A DNA stretch of 64,000 nt from the human T2T-CHM13v2.0 reference genome, Homo sapiens (GCF_009914755.1 NC_060930.1); one strand, 5' to 3'; shown: positions 28,425 to 41,560, counted from the stretch's first letter. Program-made: numbers and translations. The notes: generated by a model not told the origin, from the sequence alone.

Positions 28425-31400
28425 TGAGGAATAAACTCTGATTTTTTTTATCTTGCCCAAATTTCTATCTAAAGAGTCTGGGGAGTCATGTCCTACAAAT
28501 CATAAATTCTCATTAGATGGGTTTTATTTAACGCTATATATCATGACTTACTTTCCAACCTGACTGTGGCATAACATTGCAAGACAAGGAAGAAAATCAA
28601 AATATTTTACCCCAAAACATATTTTTTTTGCCATATCTTGAAATGGCCCTGCAAAGCTATCCTTTGTGGGGGAAAATTTCCATCTATAAAAAATTTCTAC
28701 TATGTAGCTAGATCTTTTTCTTCCAGGCCCTCCCAATCCTAAAGAGATTAACACAAAGTCTAGGACCTTTTAAAGGTCTGAATAGGAAGCATTTGTCATC
28801 TTTTGTCCCTAAGGACAACAACTGTAAGACTTCAAAAGAAGCTTGGTCTCCATTTGCTTGGTAGATCTTCCTCCCATCCCTTTATTTTGAGCCTATGTGT
28901 GTCTCTGCAGGCGAGATGGGTTTCTTGAATACAGCAGACTGATGGGTCTCGACTCTTTATCCAATTTGCCAGTCTGTGTCTTTCAATTGGAGCATTTAGC
29001 CCATTTACATTTAAGGTTAATATTGTTGTGTGTGAATTTGATCCTGTCATTATGATGTTAGCTAGTTATTTTGCTCGTTAGTTGATGCAGTTTCTTCCTA
29101 GCATTGACAGTCTTTTCAATTTAGCATGTTTTTGCAGTGGCTGGTACTGGTTGTTCCTTTCCATGTTTAGTGCTTCCTTCAGGAGCTCTTTTAGGGCAGG
29201 CCTGGTGGTGACAAAATTTCTCAGCATTTGCTTGTCTGTAAAGGATTTTATTTTTCCTTCACTTATGAAGCTTAGTTTGGCTGGATATGAAATTTTGGGT
29301 TGAAAATTCTTTTCTTTAAGAATGTTGAATATTGGCCCCCACTCTCTTCTGGCTTGTAGAGTTTCTGCCGAGAGATCAGCTGTTAGTCTGATGAGCTTCC
29401 CTTTGTGGGTAGCCCAACCTTTCTTTCTGGCTGCCCTTAACATTTTTTTCCTTCATTTCAACTTTGGTGAATCTGACAGGGGAAGTTCTCCTGGATAATA
29501 TCCTGCAGAGTGTTTTCCAACTTGGTTCCATTCTCCCCCTCACTTTCAGGTACACCAATCAGATGTAGATTTGGTCGTTTCACATAGTCCCATATTTCCT
29601 GGAGGCTTTGTTCATTTCGTTGTATTCTTTTTTCTCTAAACTTCCCTTCTCCCTTCATTTCATTCATTTGATCTTCAATCACTGATACCCTTTCTTCCAG
29701 TTGATCTAATCAGCTACTGAACCTTGTGCATTTGTCACATAGTTCTCATGCCGTTGTTTTCAGCTCCATCAGATCATTTAAGGACTTCTCTACGTTGGTT
29801 ATTCTAGTTAGCCATTCATCTAATCTTTTTTCAAAGTTTTTAACTTCCTTGCAATGGGTTCAAACTTCCTCCTTTAACTTGGAGAAGTTTGATCATCTGA
29901 AGTCTTCTTCTCTCAACTCGTCAAAGTCATTCTCTATTCAGCTTTGTTCTGTTGCTGGTGAGGAGCTGCATTTCTTTGGAGGAGGAAAGATGCTCTGATT
30001 TTTAGAATTTTCAGTTTTTCTGCTCTGTTTTTTCCCCATCTTTGTAGTTTCATCTACCTTTGGTCTTTGATGATGGTGACATACAGATGGGGTTTTGGTA
30101 TGGATGTCCTTTCTCTTTGTTAGTTTTCCTTCTAACAGTCAGGACCCTCAGCTGCAGGTCTGTTGGAGTTTGCTGGAGGTCCACTCCAGACCCTGTTTGC
30201 ATGGATATCAGACCTAAAACCTTAAAAACCCTAGAAGAAAACCTAGGCAATACCATTCAGGACATAGGCATGGGCAAGGACTTCATGTCTAAAACAACAA
30301 AAGCAATGGCAACAAAAGCCAAAATTGACAAATGGGATCTAATTAAACTAAAGCGCTACTGCACAACAAAAGAAACTACCATCAGAGTGAACAGGAAACC
30401 TACAGAATGGGAGAAAATTTCTGCAACCTACTAATCTGACAAAGGGCTAATATCCAGAATCTACAATGAACTCAAACAAATTTACAAGAAAAAAAACAAC
30501 CCCATCAACAAGTGGGCAAAGGATATGAACAGACACTTCTCAAAAGAAGACATTTATACAGCCAATAGACACATGAAAAAATGCTCATCATCACTGGCCA
30601 TCAGAGAAATGCAAATCAAAACCACAATGAGATACCATCTCACACCTGTTAGAATGGCGATCATAGAAAAGTCAGGAAAAAACAGGTGCTGGAGAGGAGG
30701 TGGAGAAATAGGAACACTTTTACACTGTTGGTGGGACTGTAAACTAGTTCAACCATTGTGGAAGACAGTGTGGCAATTCCTCAAGTATCTAGAACTAGAA
30801 ATACCATTTGACCCAGCAATCCCATTACTGGGTTTATACCCAAATGATTGTAAATCATGCTGCTGTAAAGACACATGTACACGTATGTTTATAGTGGCAC
30901 TATTCACAATAGCAAAGACTTGGAACCAACCCAAATGTCCATCAGTGATATACTGGATTAAGAAAATGTGGCACATATACACCATGGAATGCTATGCAGC
31001 CATAAAAAATGATGAGTTCATTTCCTTTGTAGGGACATGGATGAAGCTGGAAACCATCACTCTCAGCAAACTATCACATGGACAAAAAACCAAACACCAC
31101 ACGTTCTCACTCATAGGTGGTAATTGAACAATGAGAACACTTGGACACAGGAAGGGGAACATCACACACCAGGGTCTGTTGTGGGGTTGGGGGAGGTGGG
31201 AGGCATAGCATTAGGAGATATACCTAATGCAAATGACGAGCTAATGGGTGCAGCACACCAACATGGCACATGTATACATATGTAACAAACCTGCACATTG
31301 TGCACATGTACCAAAAAACAAACAAACAAACAAACAAACCTTGGTCTCTACAATCTTTTATCTTAACTTGAACATTTCCTTTCTTTGATCCCAGGTCTTT

Positions 31401-31718
31401 AGATAAACTCAGTCAATTGTCAACCAGAAAACGTTTACATTTACCTATAGCCTGGAAGCTCTCCCCACCACCGTACTCCCACCGGATTTTGAGTTGTCCC
31501 ACCTTTCTTCACCAAACCAATGTATTTCTTAATTGTATTTGATTGAGGTCTCATGCCTCCCTAAAATGTATCAAACCAGGCTGTGCCCTGACCACCTTGG
31601 GCACATGTTCTCAGGACCTCCTACTCCTAAGGGCTGTATCACAGGCCATGGTTACTCATATTTGGCTCAGAATAAACCTCTTCAAATATTTTACAGAGTT
31701 TGACTCTTTTCATCAACA
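28425..31718 (+). mobile_element. MER4-group ERV1 solo LTR interrupted by an L1
   Basis: aaaatattttaccccaaaacatat ... ggctcagaataaacctcttcaaatattttacagagtttgactcttttcatcaaca; TG..CA ends; 4-bp TSD tcag 28421-28424 / 31719-31722. Confidence 0.88.
28851..31339 (+). mobile_element. 5'-inverted L1PA5/6-like element (inverted part 28851-~30208; sense part ~30209-31339)
   Basis: Minus strand carries the ORF2 N-terminus (MTGSNSHTTILTLNVNG), ORF1 and part of the 5'UTR. Plus strand carries the ORF2 C-terminus, 3'UTR and an (AAAC)n tail. TSD cttggtctc 28842-28850 / 31340-31348. Confidence 0.93.
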
Positions 31719-32140
31719 TCAGTTACATCCATAATACATTCCATTCTATATCTAGGCCACTTTGACTTGGGTTTCCAAGTTGCAACCATGAGTCCTGGAA
31801 AATACAAAACCAAAATGGTTAGGTTTCTGAAATTGATCATCTCTATTCTACCACAGCATCAGTGAAGCACACCTCTCTATCCATATCTTTAAGTGCTCAG
31901 ATATTTGGAGAGTGTGTTTTGTAGAGTTTGATCTTGAGTTTAAGATCAAGTGAGAAAGGAAAACTATTACCTGTATTCTACACTGTAAGTCAACCAGTCA
32001 TTATTATTGTCTGTGAAGTACATGCACATGGCTTGGGGTGGTTTGAGAACATATGGAAAGAGACATCATACACGTCTAAGTAGATAGGGCGTCATTTCTA
32101 ACTTACAGAATAGAATAAAAAACACACTCAGATGGAATTT

Positions 32141-32445
<305 letters not shown>

Positions 32446-33227
32446 TAGTTGTCACATATGTTAAAATCTGGAATACCATGTACATTATTTTAAAGAAAGA
32501 AAACTATTTTATTGATTTTGCCAGTGCTCACCAGTTCTCACCCAACAACCCTTTCAGTTTGCCGATGCTACATCTCTAGTCAATAATTCTGATTTCTGTT
32601 TGTTGAGAATCATTATCATGGCTTCTTAAATTTATATATTTTAAGATGCTTTTTAAAAATCAGCACTTCCATGCATGTTATTCCCAATATCAAGGGAGAA
32701 GGGCATATGTGCCTGTATTACTCAATCTATATAAACAAAATTCTTGTAAACATTTAAAGCACATATACAACTGTCACACTGTTGGATTCAGTTAAAAAAA
32801 AAGTGCTAGTATGACTTAATTCTTCATATTATTTATTTTTCTAGTTCTCAAATAGCCTAAGTTTATAAATAATGGGTCTTTTCTTTGCCTGAAATAAAAA
32901 TAAGCCACGTCCAGTCACGGGAAGAACTGTAAGACAAAAATCAGACCCCTGCCATTCTTGCTTTCTGTCCAATACATGCTTTTATGGCTTTTGTAACAGG
33001 AAGTCTTCTAGCCTCCTATATCTCTACATTGTCAAGTTTTCCCTTAAAGAAAAGATTTTTCTGATGACCTCTTTCTCCAAAAGGTGTCATATCAGATTTA
33101 AGAAAATTTTGGATAGAAGTAGGATTTTTTTCTTTCTAACATTGAGTTGTGTAAGCTCCCCACCCCTCCAAAAAAGCATTCTACTCTGAGCTGGTTGCAC
33201 AGATGGCAATCAACAGAGTGAAGAAAA

Positions 33228-33261
33228 ACACACATCCACACGCACACACACACACACACAC
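33228..33261. repeat. (CA)n microsatellite
   Basis: Interrupted CA run. Confidence 0.85.
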
Positions 33262-33470
33262 TTAAATGTACTTCCTTTACTATTTAAATCATTTGAATTA
33301 GGAATAAAGCAGACTTCTAAAATCTGAGTGTAAACCAGACTGGGGCACAAAAAATGATGAAAGATATGGGATTTTGAGGTGACAGAGAAAATGAAAGAAA
33401 CATGGATATGTGAAAGAGTAAGCACCTGGTTTATCATAGAGATTGATGGTATCTAGTTTGGAATCCTAAT

Positions 33471-33647
33471 CTGGGCTGGCTTCACAGGTGTGTGACCTCT
33501 GTAGTCACACAGAGCTTCATGCTCAGAGGGGTCCTGTGCTTTGTTGAATGCTCTACTGTCACCATTTTGAAATTCTTAATAACCGTTGTACAAGGGGCCC
33601 TGTATTTTCTCATTGTACTGAGCCCTCCAATCATGTAGCTAGTCCTG
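33471..33647 (+). mobile_element. hAT-Tip100 MITE (MER45A-like)
   Basis: TIR-like ends ctgggctggcttca / tgtagctagtcctg; 8-bp flanks atcctaat / atcccact; internal ttgaaattcttaataa. Confidence 0.8.
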
Positions 33648-34415
33648 ATCCCACTCAATTCTCCCTTGATTTCTTAGCTATCTTGTTTCTTGTTTCTCAT
33701 TCCCCAATTCTCATTTTCTAGCACCAAAAAAAGAGTAAAATTGTCTTTAGTAAAATTCTATTTGCAAATTAGATACTGTAGTAATTTCTACTTCATTGTT
33801 TTCTGCTTATATGTTCATTTAAAATAAATGGAAATCTACCTTTACTCTGAGTACAAAAGGACATGCCCTTGAAAGGTGTTATTCAAACCTTTTGATTCTG
33901 CTTTTAAGAAATGAGCTCTGAGGATATTGTTGAGACCCATGTGCACAAGGCATTGAGCTCAGCACTATGTGATACAGAGAAGAACAAGAGTCTATCTGTT
34001 CTCAGAGGAGCTCACAAACTAGAGATGACGGTAGATCTGATACAAATAAGGGTGTGATTGAAATTTGGAGAGCTGAGAAAGGGGACTGGTGGGCAGATGG
34101 AGAAATAGTTATTGTAGGCTGAGTCTGGAAGGATCCAAAATCCACAGTGAGAACAGTGATATCACGGTTTCAGAGAGAGGTTTCCAAACTGTCTCAAAGA
34201 TAAAGGAATAAGTATTCCTTTGCTACAAAATAAGTAACCTATTTCACAAGGCAAACTTTAAATACAGTAGATAATGCTTGAAAAATGTCTGTCCCAATGC
34301 CTTAGTATATGGTAGGTACTTGATAAAAAATATTTTTCTCATTAATTATCATCTTTATAAAAGTGACTGTTGCATCTTCATGAAATGAAAAAAGTACTGA
34401 GAGCCCCATAACTCT

Positions 34416-34518
34416 GACCAGGCCATCCCAGCATCTAGACCAGGCCATCCCAGCATCTAAATACAACATGGTATCTAGTTCATAAGCCTGGCCTATGACC
34501 AGGCCATCCCAGCATCTA
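34416..34518. repeat. Three perfect copies of the 22-mer GACCAGGCCATCCCAGCATCTA
   Basis: Copies at 34416-34437, 34438-34459 and 34497-34518. Confidence 0.95.
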
Positions 34519-34549
34519 GAGCAATGCTTAGCACTGATTAAATGCAACC

Positions 34550-34706
34550 AGTTCTGCGTTCAAATCCTTAGTTCTACCATTACCTTGGTGCATAATCTTG
34601 GACACCCGGTCATACCCCTCTAAAATTCTGGCATCTCATCTGACATATGAGATATATAGATTAAATTATTCCTTAAGCTTGTTCTAACTCTAAACTTTAA
34701 TTCTAA
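34550..34706 (+). mobile_element. MIR/MIR3 fragment
   Basis: gttcaaatccttagttctacc ... ctcatctg ... ttctaactctaaa. Confidence 0.6.
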
Positions 34707-34759
34707 GAAGGTAACTTTTTTTCTTTTATTGGTATTAAATAATTGTTATTTAAAAAGAT

Positions 34760-36010
34760 CAATCAACCCAGCTCTTCAGAGGTAACTGTTATTATAAATT
34801 GCTAAGTCTATTAATTTTTTCTAAAATGTAAGTTGTAGAATTTCATATATGTCATGATCTCATTTCATAAAATTATGTATATAATTCTAAAACTGTAATT
34901 TCACATACACACACTTTTACATAATTATATATATTATTATAAAATGATATACAAACACACAGTTTTATGAAATGAGATCATGGTGTCTCTGTGTGTGTAT
35001 ATATATATGTATATCATATATATATGATACTGCAATTTACATTTATTTTCTTTATACATTTCCACATCTAATCCATTATTTTTAATGACTGCATAGCATT
35101 CAGTTATATGGTGCTTGCTCTCATGCACATATGCACTCTCTCTCTTTTTTTCTCTCTCTGTCTCTCAACCCCCATACAGATGGAAAATTAGGTTATTTCC
35201 AACTTATTGCTATTAGAATGCTGTAGTGAACATCTTCATACACACATTTTTGCATATATTGTTTTAGGTGGTGAAATTTCTAGATATTAAATTGGTTGGT
35301 AAAGTGCTTATAAACACTTAAAAAATTTACTAGATATTGTCACATTTTCCTCCATAAAGGTTGTATCCATTTGTATTCCCATCAACATGTAATCGACCAG
35401 AAGTGCCTGTTTCTCCACATCCTCAGGAACTTTCAGGAACTTAATGTATTGAAAGTACTTACTTTCCAATACATTAATTGAAAGTACTTACTTTCAATAC
35501 ATTCATATTTTGATTATCTTGTTGTTTAAATTGACAATTTTGGTTATTAGTAAAGTGGAATGGAAATTTTTGTATCTTTATTAGTTTTTTGTGTTTCTTC
35601 TTTAGCAAACTTTCAATTTACATATTTGATCATTATTTTCCATTGGGATATATCCTTTTTCTTATTAGTTAGTACAACCTTAAAACTATGTTATGTTTTA
35701 TGTATATTACAAATATTTTCTCTTGGTTTGTCACTTGTCTTTCCATTTTGTTTACAGAATCTTTTGCCATCAAAATAATTTCAATATGTTCACAGCCACA
35801 TATGTTAAACATTTTGTATCTGGTTCTGAATTTTGTATATTGCTTAGGAAGGCCTTCCCCAACCCAGGATTATAAAAATATTCTGTATGTTGTTATTTAT
35901 TACTTAATCATTTTGTTTTGACAGTTATTCCACCTGGAATTTATTTGTCTGTATAATTTGAGCTTTAAATGTGACTTTATTTTTTTTCCAAATGAAGACC
36001 CAATCATATT
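34760..36010 (-). mobile_element. Ancient L1ME-like 3' fragment
   Basis: ttaggttatttccaac...tgctgtagtgaacatc; aaaggttgtatccatttgtattccc. Confidence 0.7.
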
Positions 36011-37542
36011 CTAAATAACCGGATATTACACCTTGCTTTGTAACCTGAAAGTTACCAATGTCTCTGAGCTAGTCTGGGAAAATGCTCTTGAATGAATTTT
36101 CATACTTCATCTGTATTTCTAAAATGCAATAACATGCCATAAGGGATATTAACAAATTTTAGCAGTGGGCCTCTAACAACAAGAAAGAATTGTTCATAGT
36201 ATGTTTCTGGTAGCAAATGGCCTGGCACAGTATCCATTACCCAGCTCAGGGTGGAGGTTGAGCAGATGAGAGAGACTCAGAGAGGTTTGCCTCTCCATAT
36301 CTGAGATCTGAAACATCAACTAGCACAGGTTCCGCCTTCCCATTTTCTCCTGTCACCTCAAGCCCCTAAAAAGACCTGAATTTTTCTTGAGGGATTACCT
36401 ACCTTTCTTTTTAATATCATTCTACAGTTTCTTCATCTTCCTTTGGTCCTCACTCTTTGTTTTTCAGGTTGTTAGACAGAGTTTGCTTTTTCCTAAACTT
36501 GTTTTCAGATTGTGTTCCGCCATACACTTGCCTCTGTGTTTTCCTTTTGGTTTGCATGTCTACATAGCTAAACATATATGTCATGACTCAGTTACTCCAC
36601 AGAATAAGTGGGTACAACACACATGGGTAATTCACTACCCTGACATCTCCATATGTCAACAGTAGAAAACATATTTCTCTGGGGGTTCAGGACATGCATC
36701 TGGTTGGCATCATAGGACAGCGCTCTGTCTGCTTAAATATTAGCTATGCCAAAATTGTAATGGAACTTGAATGGAACTTGTAATGGAACTTAGTTTTTGT
36801 GTTTATTTTCTTGAGTCTTCATTGATATAACACACTAAGTAATATTTTTCCTATTCCCCTTAGTCATCTAACTCTGCATTTTTGTAAGCTTGATGGTCTT
36901 CTAAGTGAATTATTTATTATACATAGAGTCTATGGTAACATGATCTGAGGTAGAAGAACTGAGACGGAGACTCTAAAGGATTCCAGCTTTCTAGAGGAAA
37001 AGGTCAGTTTTTTCTTTTTCTCAATTTACAGACATAATCTAACAAATGGCTGAAAAGCATGTATGAGACTAACTGAATGCTTCCTAAAGACCCAGGGAGA
37101 TAATTATTTTACATCAAGTGACTTGCACTAACTGTCATTCACCAGGTACATTTCAGGAAGTTCTGTTTTTTGGTTTCAAGTAATTTTCTGTGATTGTCAC
37201 AAGGAATCTACTTGTCAACATTATGAACTGGGAGTGGGATAGATAAAAAAAAAAAAAAAAGCAAATGGAAAACAGCTGTCTTCGGCCTGTGTCATCATTA
37301 CACAAGATTTAAATACTGCAGCCAGGCCCTCTGGTGTCCTCACACTGTCTCTGTGCTGTCCCTAGCAAGCACTATCCCCATTTCCGACTTCAACCTTTGT
37401 CCCTTTGTCCATCAGAAATATATCTCAATTGTACTGTTCTTCAGGGCCTTCCTGTCCTCCCTGATGTTTTTTCCAGTGTGATCTTCCATATGCTTTATTG
37501 TCTTTACATTTGGAACTTATTTCTCTCCATCTGTCTAATTAA

Positions 37543-37765
37543 ATAGCTAACAGTTATTGAGTACTAGCTATGTGGCCAGCACTATCCTAATCTAATTTTA
37601 GCTTGTTTGATTTCCACAGTCACCCTAGAAAGTAGAAAATATTACTACCTAATTTTGTACATATAAAAAAATTGAGAAATAGAGAGGTTAGGATTCTAGC
37701 CTAGCATTCTAGTGCCAGTCTGGTGACAAAGTCAATGTTTTTTTAAGAACAATGCCATACTGTTT
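37543..37765 (-). mobile_element. MIR
   Basis: tagctaacagttattgagtactagctatgtggccagcact ... aaattgagaaatagagaggtta. Confidence 0.7.
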
Positions 37766-38091
37766 CTCTAAGAATTACCTCCTAAAAATATTCACTTCTA
37801 CTTTCCACCTTACCTTTGCAAGTCAAGATCTATAGGTTGATGATACATTGGAAGCATAGTATTTGAAATGCTGATAAGTACCACCAGGTGAGGAATGCTG
37901 TAATACGCCATGAGAATGCCAGTCATCATCAACTACAAAAAAATTTCCCTAGGAAATACTATAGAATCTCAGACACTGTATCAATTATGTTGTTTTTTTA
38001 AATAAAGATGGGATTCTGCAATAAGTAAAGAAATAATATTTTTAAATAAAATATCTATTATATTTTTATCACAGATTTAAATAAAAACCAA

Positions 38092-38170
38092 GTTCACTGT
38101 AGTAAGTCACCATCCCTTACACAGTGTTTGGTATGCACTAAGCATCCAATAAATATTTGTTAAATGAATG
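38092..38170 (+). mobile_element. L2 3' end
   Basis: caataaatatttgttaaatgaatg. Confidence 0.65.
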
Positions 38171-38229
38171 CCAAAAAAATCGAGAAAGCAAATTTTTTAA
38201 AAAACGCAATCTTCTACCCACAATTTAAA

Positions 38230-39254
38230 TACTTTTTTCTCATTAGATTAAAAAGCAGGGACATTTTCTTCTTCTATATCTTTGATTATGTCATTCCATC
38301 TACTGTCTCTTAGGAATCCTATTTCTAAGACTTTTTGTTCTAGATCATGGAAGATTTTCTTCAACCTGTCGTCCATATTACTAGATCACGATTTACCAGA
38401 TCAGCAATGAAATGTGTGAATTTAATAAATTTAATTTAATAATTTATTCAATCCAATAATTATTTTAAAATAGTGGTGTGCTTTTATGAATATAACAGTC
38501 TTTTGAATTTTGCAGGGAATAGGCTTTTTTAAAAGTTCACTTCTCGTACCTGACTTTTACCTTGTTTGTTCACCTCAGGGCTCATTTTTCATGCTACTGA
38601 TTTCTCTTAAAGGTCTGGAGATCCTTGGTGATTAAATCATGTTGAATAAAGAACTATGTTCCTTAGTATGAATGGCTAGAAAGAGTTTTCTAAGACACTG
38701 GTAAATCCATCTTCTTAATGAATCCTTCTTTTGACTAAGTAGGCTTGCTAAAGGCTTTGTGTGATTGGATAGAGCACTTTCATGGGCAGGTTTTCCTCAA
38801 GGCAAAATAATGGGTGACAGAAAGGCAGTATGGGGATCCTCACCACTGCCACAGTAGGAAGAATCTCGCTCCAGAAGTGGAGTACTTAGTTATTATTTTA
38901 GTCGTGGGTGGAGTTGCTTATTTCTTTTCATCCCCCCTCCCTTTTTCCCCTTTTATCTTTCTCCCTCTTTTTCGAAGTCTGGAATTAATCAGACACTGCT
39001 ATGCTTTTTTTTTCCTCTTGCCCACAAAACTTCTGATGTCATATGCTATAATTTTCTCTACTCTGATTTCTCCATCAATCCAATGACAGCTGAAATGTAT
39101 CAAAATGTCTAGTCCATTGATGGCAACTTCTTCTGTTTTAGTGTTATTATGGATTTATTCTTCCATCATTTTGATGGAGTTTTGGGACAGAGAATGGCAG
39201 GTGGGCAAGCATGATCAACTCTTGTCCTCAAAGTGATATTTTAAACAGGAAGTC
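38230..39254 (-). mobile_element. Very old L1ME/HAL1-like 5' fragment
   Basis: T-rich strand; ends ttttgatggagttttggg...attttaaacaggaagtc, resembling the reverse of an ancient L1/HAL1 5' terminus. Confidence 0.4.
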
Positions 39255-40197
39255 TAGGGTTCATTTAGAAGTGTCTATCATTTTGTGTTAAAGTAAATGG
39301 ATTAAGTTCAAATATATCTTTTGTTCCCGCCAAGATGAGGACTTTCTCAAAATTCCACTTTCCCTCCAGAGCCCAAAAATAAAGATTATCTTGACAAATG
39401 AAATCAATACCTTATGCATTTTCAACAACTATTTTAAGAATTGACATTTGAATATTGGAAGACAAATTAAAAGTAATAAATATGATAAAAGTTTTCACAT
39501 TACAATACTCTTACTCTTCTAATAGGCTATATTTGGAATCTCTAGGTTTAAAATATAGTGGTACCTTCCAAAGAAAAGTCATATTTTCTGCACAAACTGA
39601 AATGCAAAGAAAAACCCCTTCTCTGTGTGTCAATACAATCAGCACTGTTTATTAGGATATTAATAACTTCCGTATTAGGTCACCACACCTGAAATTTCTT
39701 GTATCTTGTTTCCCTGTACAAGAGGGAATGCTCACTCTTACAAAGTTTCTGTTACTTCATTAATTCCAATAATTAGCTTTGTATATCATTTCTCCATTGA
39801 GAAAATGAATTAACCCTAGTCTTGTGAGTGAAGGACCCAATCTGCCTCAGAGTTTTGCATTTTTTTGTGTGTATGATTGCTTTTTCCCTTCCAAGTGTTT
39901 TAAATGCAAAATACCATGAAAGTCACAACTTCAATAAACCTGCGAAACAAGGAGAACAATGTAATAAATGTCAGCTATAGGCTCTGAAAGAAAGGATAAG
40001 TTTAGGCTAGATGGGAATGAGAATTACACAGAAGACTGCATCCTTGATGGAAGCTTGTATAGTTGATCACATCCAATAAAGCAGTGATAGTTATTTCCCA
40101 CCACTGATGAAAGATCTTTGTGTAAGAGGGTAACAACCAGTAAAGGAAGAGGGAGCTACTTGTTCCCTATCCATACTGAGCATTCACAGGAGCATCA

Positions 40198-40201
<4 letters not shown>

Positions 40202-40290
<89 letters not shown>
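40202..40290. repeat. Compound microsatellite (TG)28-AC-(AG)15
   Basis: Perfect runs at 40203-40258 and 40261-40290. Confidence 0.97.
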
Positions 40291-40293
<3 letters not shown>

Positions 40294-40961
40294 GAAGTAG
40301 TTCAGCAGTCTCGTCTTCCTGCCAAGGAAATTGGGCCAAGGGAAACCTATTACTGAGACCTTAGTGAGTGACCAGGCAGAAGCTACTAAGCCAGGCCTTT
40401 GGTGAGCTAGGCTGCAAATTAGAATATATCCCTAGTTCCAATCCTTTTTATGAATTACCCTTATGAAAGGAATAATCTCTGCAGATGAAAGCAATCAAGA
40501 TTTAGCAATTACTTCCTTACTAAAATGTTTCTTTTCCCCGATAACCACTGAAAACAATGAAAAAGCTCCAGAGACAGAGTTGTTACAGTAGAGAGAACAA
40601 ATGCAAGTGAGCAAAGAAGACCTCTCTCCTATTCTATGGTGTTCATCCCAATGTACTGGGGTTTCAGAGTTAAACCATCATTTATAGAAAGAAAAAAACA
40701 GGATTTCCACTAAATCTAATCCAATGAGACTCATGACTCCAGGTGCCTTAAAATTTTTAGATTACAAAGGATGTATTTGTTAATAGCTTGAAACTTGAAC
40801 TAGTAAATCCATCACTATCTTCATGTGAAATAAAAACAATGACAAAAACTAGGTCCATTTATAGAGGTCAAATACTTGTTAACAACTATGCTATGTTTGC
40901 AAACATTACTTCTTTTAATCTTTATTACCAATCCTATGAGAAAGCATTGCATCTACTTTTT

Positions 40962-41257
40962 TTTTTTTTTTTTGAGACTGAGTCTCGCTCTGTCACCCAG
41001 GTTGGAGAGTGCACTGGTATGATCTTGGCTTACTGCAACCTCTGCCTCCTGGGTTCAAGCGATTTTCCTGGCTCAGCCTCCTGAGTAGCTGGGATTACAG
41101 GCACCTGCCACCATGCATGGCCAATTTTTGTATTTTTAGTAGAGACAGGGTTTTGCCAGGTTGGCCAGGCTGGTCTCGAACTCCCAGCCTCAGGTGATCT
41201 GCCCACCTCGGCCTTCCAAAGTGCTGGGATTATAGATGTGAGCTACTGCGCCCAACC
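40962..41257 (-). mobile_element. AluSx/Sz inserted in a MIR remnant
   Basis: Full dimer; TSD tgcatctacttttt 40948-40961 / 41258-41271. Confidence 0.95.
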
Positions 41258-41404
41258 TGCATCTACTTTTTAAAATGAAGACACTGAAACTAAAGGAGAT
41301 TACATTGCCAAGGTAACCCAAGTCCACCTGACTCCATATTCATGAATATCTATAATCCTCTCATGAGTGAACACCACCCAGAAAGGTTATTTATTCAAAT
41401 ATGC

Positions 41405-41560
41405 TATAGACTCAGAATTTTGGAACTTGAGGGGACCTTAGAGATGGCCCCATCCAACCTCTTCATTTTATAGACAAGGAAACGAAAGCTCAGGGTAGTG
41501 AGTGATTGACCAAGATGGTGGCAAGAGCTGAAGTGCACTCAGGAATACACAGCCCAGGAG
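41405..41560 (-). mobile_element. MIR fragment
   Basis: ggaccttagagatggcccatccaacctcttcattttatagacaaggaaac. Confidence 0.65.

Larger units (their letters stand above)
27953..31806 (+). mobile_element. ERVL LTR (LTR16-like), split by nested MER4 and L1 (own sequence ~27953-28424 and 31719-31806)
   Basis: ccaatcagagttctt, tttgaacccttgg...agcaatgcctaaa, and terminus ttgggtttccaagttgcaaccatgagtcctggaaaataca. Confidence 0.55.

Noticed and set aside
34416-34518. CRISPR-like repeat-spacer pattern
   Set aside because: Primate DNA, only one spacer, two copies directly adjacent, and no cas genes.
37008-37150. Splice-acceptor-like tract (tttttctttttctcaatttacag)
   Set aside because: All frames close quickly, the donor is ambiguous, and there is no supporting context.
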